Made by a program: the position numbers and the translations under genes | In this document: positions 51,218 to 55,611 of the stretch, piece after piece | Layout of the letters: the number at the start of each line of letters is the position of its first letter | How positions within the stretch are numbered: position 1 is the stretch's first letter | The notes under the pieces: generated by a model | Database searches by the model: none | The model's input: only the letters and a program-made list of their open reading frames with translations | Told to the model about the DNA's origin: nothing | IMG/VR virus record: IMGVR_UViG_2778261256_000006 | Span: 1 to 55,611 of that record | Length of the DNA: 55,611 bases | Source: a virus | Taxonomy: Duplodnaviria; Heunggongvirae; Uroviricota; Caudoviricetes | Strand: one strand, 5' to 3'

Positions 51218-51943
51218 GTGAGCCAGATCTTCTTCAACACTATCGACAATGACCAGTACGATTTCATGACAGAGTGGAACACCGCAGTCATGGATAAGTG
51301 GGTAGCGGAGAACATTGGCCTGTCACGTTGCAAGGACGAGGCGGAACTGTTCGAAACCAAATGGTTTGACTATCGCGATATGCACCCGCTCATGGCCACA
51401 TGCCTTTTCACTGAGGCATACAAGCGCCAGTACTCATACATCATGCTGTCGCATGGTCGTGAACACTATGAGACGGCTCCATTCACAACCGGTCTGAAGC
51501 GTGTGCCATATCAGGAGTTGTCGACTGCCAATAAAACGTCTCTATGGAAAGCACGCCAGTTTGCTGACCGCTATTGCTGCTCATACGACTACTTTATCTC
51601 CACCGTTCTTTCCGCAGCTGCACGACGGCTGTGGGACAAATTACCGCGCCCCCAGCATCTCTGGCAGCCCGAGTTGATCGAGATATTCGAAGAGAAGTTA
51701 GCCAAACGCGCTGTAACCCGTCTGGATGACTCTCTGGTGAGTTTTAAGCATCTTGGAGACATGCAGCGTGACCCGATTCAGGAACGCTATTTTGAGTGGA
51801 TTCTGGAGCGTCTGCGTGGCATTACCCGAGATAAACGCATCCGTATCATCTTCTCCGCTGTCTGGTTGATGGAAATCGTGCCTGAGCGTGTGATTTACGC
51901 GCACTTCCCGGAAGAACTGGAAGAAGCACGGCGATTCTGTTGA
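51218..51943 (+). CDS. hypothetical protein
   Basis: 241-aa ORF preceded by the GTAAGTAC palindrome. Confidence 0.5.
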   Translation: MSQIFFNTIDNDQYDFMTEWNTAVMDKWVAENIGLSRCKDEAELFETKWFDYRDMHPLMATCLFTEAYKRQYSYIMLSHGREHYETAPFTTGLKRVPYQELSTANKTSLWKARQFADRYCCSYDYFISTVLSAAARRLWDKLPRPQHLWQPELIEIFEEKLAKRAVTRLDDSLVSFKHLGDMQRDPIQERYFEWILERLRGITRDKRIRIIFSAVWLMEIVPERVIYAHFPEELEEARRFC

Positions 51944-51968
51944 TCCCCTATCTGGCTTTTTTAGTATT

Positions 51969-51988
51969 AGAAAACAAATTGTTTAAGC
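51969..51988. promoter_or_regulatory. operator-like palindrome upstream of the DnaB-like helicase gene
   Basis: AGAAAACAAATTGTTTAAGC. Confidence 0.5.
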
Positions 51989-52003
51989 ACCAAAGGAAAG
52001 CAC

Positions 52004-53344
52004 ATGACCGAACTTTGCCACACAGGACGAGGGTTGTCTGAAGAGTTCGACGACGACTTCCAGAATCGACTCGCAGCCTACTTCTGTCGCGACCATGAAT
52101 TTCTGACTCGCGCCGGTGATCTGGTTGCGCCAAACCAGTTCTCCAATGCGGCCAACGCCATTCTGGTGAACATGGTGTCGGGCTACTACAGAATGTATAA
52201 GAGCGCACCATCATCATCAGCCATCCTCGACATGCTCAAACGCGCCAAACGCGATAAGACGATCCGCGAAGAGCTGTTCCCTGACGTTGTTGAGGCGTTT
52301 AAGCGCATTCTCGCTGAGAAGCTGTCAGATACGGCGTACATGGTCGACCAGGTCGCGACATTTGCTAAAAGCGTAGCGTTCGACGATGCGCTAATTAAAG
52401 CGGCTGAGATGAAAGAGAAGGGCGATTTCCAGGGCGCGATGGCAATCATGGCTAAGGTCCAGCAAATTGGCTCTAACGAAGCGACCGGCATTTACGATTA
52501 CTTCGCAGAATCAGCGGAGCGTTACAAGGCCCGTGAGTACGAAGCGTCCGACGATTACGTGCCAAACAGCATCACTACCGGCCTCCCGCTGCTCGACAAA
52601 CTGCTTTACCAGAAAGGCTGGGCAAAGCGTGAAATGGTGCTGTTTATGGGCTTCGCTAAGTCTGGTAAATCGACGGCGATGGGGGAGTTTTCCATCAACG
52701 CCACGCTTGCCGGTTACAACGTCCTGTATCTGTCGCTGGAAGTTCACACCTCCATTCTGTCAGATCGCTTTGACGCCCGTCTGTCTGAGACCGAAATGTC
52801 CAGGCTGGTGGAACGTCGCGATGACGTCCATCGCAAACTGGCGGAGCTGGGTGCGACGAAAGGCGTGGGAAGTTTGTGGATTGTTGAACGACCGTCCGGA
52901 AGCATGTCGCCCGCAGATCTGGATCGTATGTTGGGCAGCATGAAAGCCAACGGCATGGTCCCCGATATGGTTGTGGTCGACTACGCTGACCTGATGCGTG
53001 CCAGCTACGACCTCCGCGACGACCGCGCTAACATTCGCAGCATCTACACTGACCTGCGTGCGCTGTACGACAAACACAACGTTGCCGGCATCACGGCATC
53101 GCAGACTAACAGAGAAGGTGGCGCTTCTGAGGTGGCTACAATGATGCACGCAGCGGACAACATCGAGAAGGTGCGTATCGCTGACCTCGTTATCACTATC
53201 AACAAAACGGAAGAAGAAGAAGCGAAAGGCGAAGCGCGTCTTTACTTCGCTGGTTCACGTAACCAGAAAGGCGGCGTAAGCATCCGCGTTAAGCAGAACC
53301 TCGAACAAATGCGATTCATCGAACGCATTATGGACGTCCTCTAA
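52004..53344 (+). CDS. DnaB-like replicative helicase (RecA-fold C-terminal domain)
   Basis: Walker A (GFAKSGKST), Walker B (VVVDYADLM), N-terminal helical domain; 446 aa. Confidence 0.75.
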   Translation: MTELCHTGRGLSEEFDDDFQNRLAAYFCRDHEFLTRAGDLVAPNQFSNAANAILVNMVSGYYRMYKSAPSSSAILDMLKRAKRDKTIREELFPDVVEAFKRILAEKLSDTAYMVDQVATFAKSVAFDDALIKAAEMKEKGDFQGAMAIMAKVQQIGSNEATGIYDYFAESAERYKAREYEASDDYVPNSITTGLPLLDKLLYQKGWAKREMVLFMGFAKSGKSTAMGEFSINATLAGYNVLYLSLEVHTSILSDRFDARLSETEMSRLVERRDDVHRKLAELGATKGVGSLWIVERPSGSMSPADLDRMLGSMKANGMVPDMVVVDYADLMRASYDLRDDRANIRSIYTDLRALYDKHNVAGITASQTNREGGASEVATMMHAADNIEKVRIADLVITINKTEEEEAKGEARLYFAGSRNQKGGVSIRVKQNLEQMRFIERIMDVL

Positions 53345-53431
53345 AAAAGAAGGCGTGGGGAAACACTCTCCACGCCTGTCTCCAGAAGAGAACAAATTTC
53401 TCTTTTGCCAAAACCACAAAAGAAAAAACAC

Positions 53432-54616
53432 ATGAGCCTTTATGGTATTCAAATACCGAGGATTATCAAGATATTACCTGCAAAAAATAGGGGTAAGAAC
53501 GTGAGCGACTTGAAAGAATTACTGACCGAGCTGGATTTTGAGCAATGGCTCGATATGGAAGGGATCATCTACCGTCGTGGTGGAGTCAGTACTCGCGGAC
53601 GAGAGGTCAACATTAAAGAGTGTCCGGTATGCGGCAGCTCAAACTGGAAGGTTTATTTCAACCTGACCAGTGGTGTCGGCAAATGCTTTGCAGGTGATCA
53701 TCCCGAAGAGATTCAGTTCAACAAGCTGGTCTTCCTAAAGCATTACAGCGGCAAATCTCGTCGCGATTTTGAAGAGTACGTCCAGAACGCGCTGATCTCA
53801 CAAGGATGGGCACCGAAGAAGGAAGAGATCGTACTGGCCAGCAAGGTTGAACTAGAAGGACCGGTAGCTCTCCCGCGCCATTACGAACTCCCCATTGACG
53901 GTCGTCTTCCTGATTATCTGGTGGAGCGCCAGATTTCCCCGGAGCTGGCCAAATACTTTGATCTGCGTTACTGCGTCGAAGGCAAGCACGCATACGTCGA
54001 TCCGTACACAGACCAGGTCAAAGGACAGGTATTCGATATGCGAATACTGATACCGGTTTACGATCTGGATGGCGTGATGAAGACCTTCCAGGGCCGTGAC
54101 ATTACCGGTGCAGCAGAACGCCGGTATCTGTTCCCCATGCAGCTGCCAGCATCGGGTAAATTTCTATACAACGGCCACAATGCAGTCGGCAAACAGACTG
54201 TAGTTGTCTGTGAGGGGGCGTTCGATGTTATGGGGGTTAAACGAGCTATTTTTGATGAAGAAACATTACGCGATTACGTGGAACCGATAGGAACGTTCGG
54301 GATGCATCTATCTGGTAACACCACTCAGGATGCAGAAGATCAGTTGGGCGCGTTCCTGACGCTCAAGGCGCGTGGATTACGTAATGTGATTATGATGTGG
54401 GATAGTGAAAAGCAAGCTATACGCAACACGATGGCCGCAGCCAGGCGACTGACCAGTATCGGTCTTAATGTCAAAGTAGCGTGTTTGGGCGAGGAAGGAC
54501 TCGACCCCGGCGATGCGACACCGGGGCAGATTATCAAAGCCTACTATTGCGCAAAACCTTACTCACGACAGCTTGAACTTTTAAGCAAGGTAAAAGGCAT
54601 AGCAGCATTAGTTTGA
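53432..54616 (+). CDS. DNA primase (Zn-ribbon plus TOPRIM)
   Basis: Zinc ribbon (CPVCGSSNW..GKCFAGDH), TOPRIM-like acidic motifs (VVVCEGAFDVMG, MMWDSE). Confidence 0.7.
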   Translation: MSLYGIQIPRIIKILPAKNRGKNVSDLKELLTELDFEQWLDMEGIIYRRGGVSTRGREVNIKECPVCGSSNWKVYFNLTSGVGKCFAGDHPEEIQFNKLVFLKHYSGKSRRDFEEYVQNALISQGWAPKKEEIVLASKVELEGPVALPRHYELPIDGRLPDYLVERQISPELAKYFDLRYCVEGKHAYVDPYTDQVKGQVFDMRILIPVYDLDGVMKTFQGRDITGAAERRYLFPMQLPASGKFLYNGHNAVGKQTVVVCEGAFDVMGVKRAIFDEETLRDYVEPIGTFGMHLSGNTTQDAEDQLGAFLTLKARGLRNVIMMWDSEKQAIRNTMAAARRLTSIGLNVKVACLGEEGLDPGDATPGQIIKAYYCAKPYSRQLELLSKVKGIAALV

Positions 54617-55534
54617 ACCAGTATTAGTCACATACACATTGACCGAAAATGATTTAACTTCAGTGTTGAAGTTGTCAGTCATTACCGCGAGGTAGGCATT
54701 CTTGGTATCTCTGAATTGCTTCAGGATGATTTGAACGTTATCGGTGCAAACAAACGAGGTAGCCAGATTGCCTCCTTTCTCTGAAAAATCCTTCAGGAAG
54801 GTGCAGTCAACTTTGCCATCATTAGCGGTGAAGGTAGCATCATCACCCTGCCAGGTAAATGTAGCGTTAACGCCCTTATCAATGGATTTAGCAATAAGTC
54901 GCTGGGTGGCGGATTTTGTTTTGGCTTTGGAAGCCGGCGCTCGATATTTGCCGCTTTCTTTCAGTTCAGCAATGTATTTACAGCCGCTTTTATCTCCTTT
55001 ATCGCAAGCGGCCTGATAAAAATCGGCTGCTTTTTTATAATCCTTTTTAACACCCTCGCCATTCTCATACATAATGCCAAGATTTGTCATGGCATCGACG
55101 TTTCCGAGTTCAGCAGCTTTTTTATACCACTTAATTGCTTCGGCATCGTTTCGTTTAACACCTAAACCATCATCGTATAAGGTGCCTAATGCGAACATAC
55201 CATCTGAACTACCTTGATCCGCCGCTTTTTTGTAATAAGCAAAAGCCTTTTTATAATTCTTTTTAACGCCTTCACCATATTGGTAATACGCCCCAAGAAC
55301 TGAAGTTGCTTTAACATACCCGGCATCAGAGGCTAGTTTGAAGTATTTAATGGCGAGTGCATGATCTACTTTACCAAGCATCCCCTTTTGATAAATAGCA
55401 CCAAGATTGTTGTAGGCTCTACCTTCACGAGCATCCCCCGCAAGTTTGTAGTACTCAACAGCTTTATTTAGGTCTTTATCTACACCCTCGCCAAATGTGT
55501 ACATAACTCCAAGTGCATAATATGCTACTTTATC
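54608..55534 (-). CDS. Sel1-repeat protein, 5' end interrupted by IS10
   Basis: Tandem Sel1-like repeats (A..YYK.AA..G...A...LG.MY..G.GV); the frame runs into the IS10 end and stops 12 nt inside it. Confidence 0.7.
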   Translation of the reverse strand, partial: DKVAYYALGVMYTFGEGVDKDLNKAVEYYKLAGDAREGRAYNNLGAIYQKGMLGKVDHALAIKYFKLASDAGYVKATSVLGAYYQYGEGVKKNYKKAFAYYKKAADQGSSDGMFALGTLYDDGLGVKRNDAEAIKWYKKAAELGNVDAMTNLGIMYENGEGVKKDYKKAADFYQAACDKGDKSGCKYIAELKESGKYRAPASKAKTKSATQRLIAKSIDKGVNATFTWQGDDATFTANDGKVDCTFLKDFSEKGGNLATSFVCTDNVQIILKQFRDTKNAYLAVMTDNFNTEVKSFSVNVYVTNTGSN

Positions 55535-55611
55535 CTGATGAATCCCCTAATGATTTTGGTAAAAATCATTAAGTTAAGGTGGATACACATCTTGTCATAT
55601 GATCAAATGGT
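55535..55611 (+). mobile_element. IS10 (Tn10-type) outside end, extends beyond window
   Basis: Terminal 77 bp CTGATGAATCCCCTAATGATTTTGGTAAAAATCATTAAGTTAAGGTGGATACACATCTTGTCATATGATCAAATGGT matches the IS10 terminus as I recall it. Confidence 0.8.

Overview
This 55.6-kb window reads as a mosaic, plasmid-borne phage-like element (phage-plasmid-like; gene content is reminiscent of SSU5/pHCM2-type elements, but that is an inference from memory, not a search result). No rRNA, tRNA or CRISPR array was recognised by eye. All calls come from reading the sequence and the ORF translations; no database search or computation was run. In order along the window: (1) a type I restriction-modification segment (3' part of hsdS, a PD-(D/E)xK gene, hsdR) followed by a 5'-truncated IS3-family transposase remnant; (2) a RepFIB/P1-RepA-type iteron replicon, with repA on the minus strand flanked by iteron arrays and two GATC-rich DnaA-box modules; (3) phage-like modules: an SbcD/SbcC-like nuclease pair, an HNH-AP2 endonuclease with an apparent frameshift, a RuvC-like resolvase, a Rha-type regulator, an orphan N6-adenine methyltransferase, and an HD-domain small-alarmone-hydrolase-like gene; (4) arrays of small genes, each preceded by a conserved palindromic operator-like motif, separated by repeat-rich non-coding stretches; (5) an AT-rich islet of unknown genes, an SF2 helicase operon, and a ParB-like/ParB-like/ABC-ATPase/GNAT-like operon; (6) packaging genes (TerS, TerL) followed directly by tail genes (major tail protein with Ig-like domain, G/GT chaperones, tape measure fused in frame to a tail-fibre collar-like fragment) and a lysis cassette (endolysin-like, overlapping Rz/Rz1); (7) a ParA/ParG-type partition cassette, a GIY-YIG gene, a DnaB-like helicase and a Zn-ribbon/TOPRIM primase; (8) a Sel1-repeat gene interrupted at the window edge by the outside end of IS10. 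The best candidates for something undescribed are the dispersed operator-like motif network, the ParB-like/ABC-ATPase/GNAT-like operon, and the AT-rich islet.
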